Origin: Leptogorgia sarmentosa
Taxonomy: Eukaryota
Assembly (NCBI GenBank): GCA_964658305.1
Contig: OZ210885.1
Coordinates: 20,274,001 to 20,338,000 of the forward strand
DNA length: 64,000 nucleotides
Direction: 5' to 3'
The notes below the pieces were generated by a model. That model ran no database searches, had not been told where the DNA came from, and saw only the letters and a program-made list of their open reading frames with translations. A program made the position numbers and the translations under genes. Below, in pieces: positions 63,861-64,000 of the stretch (positions within the stretch are counted from its first letter, which is position 1; each line of letters opens with the position of its first letter).

Positions 63861-64000
63861 CTAGAAAAAATAAAAGTTTATTCAACTCCTTAAATCTAGG
63901 AATTTGAAATCTTTTTATAGATTTTTGGAAGCCCAGCCAACCAGGGCAAATTAGCTCCATTTAAATGACACTTGCTCCATTTAAATTGTCAGTCAATATT

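Overview
AT-rich eukaryotic (metazoan) DNA with GT-AG spliceosomal introns; an invertebrate, possibly cnidarian, origin is an inference from the TE repertoire. The window is almost entirely nested transposable elements: two hAT transposase pseudogenes, non-autonomous hAT, P-like, Kolobok-like and ISL2EU-like MITEs, two Penelope-like retroelements, an ~13.7 kb ISL2EU-type element, two Mutator-like elements, a PIF1/Helitron-type helicase remnant, two Gypsy LTR retrotransposons, a near-intact Sola3 element with ~700 bp TIRs, a Harbinger, and Academ-like and IS3EU-like fragments. One apparently intact 5-exon gene (minus strand, 10345-6095, 389 aa, zinc ribbon plus poly-Q) can be assembled by hand. 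The most interesting signals are: (1) minimal hammerhead ribozymes, both in Penelope pLTRs and in a short (TA)n-associated retrozyme-like repeat present three times; (2) Ulp1/SUMO-protease domains in two unrelated DNA transposons, one in the same spliced gene as SWIM and YqaJ; (3) P-like MITEs inserted into each other's terminal repeats; (4) a strand-asymmetric TTAGGG-like satellite. All family assignments come from motif recognition by eye; no database searches were run.
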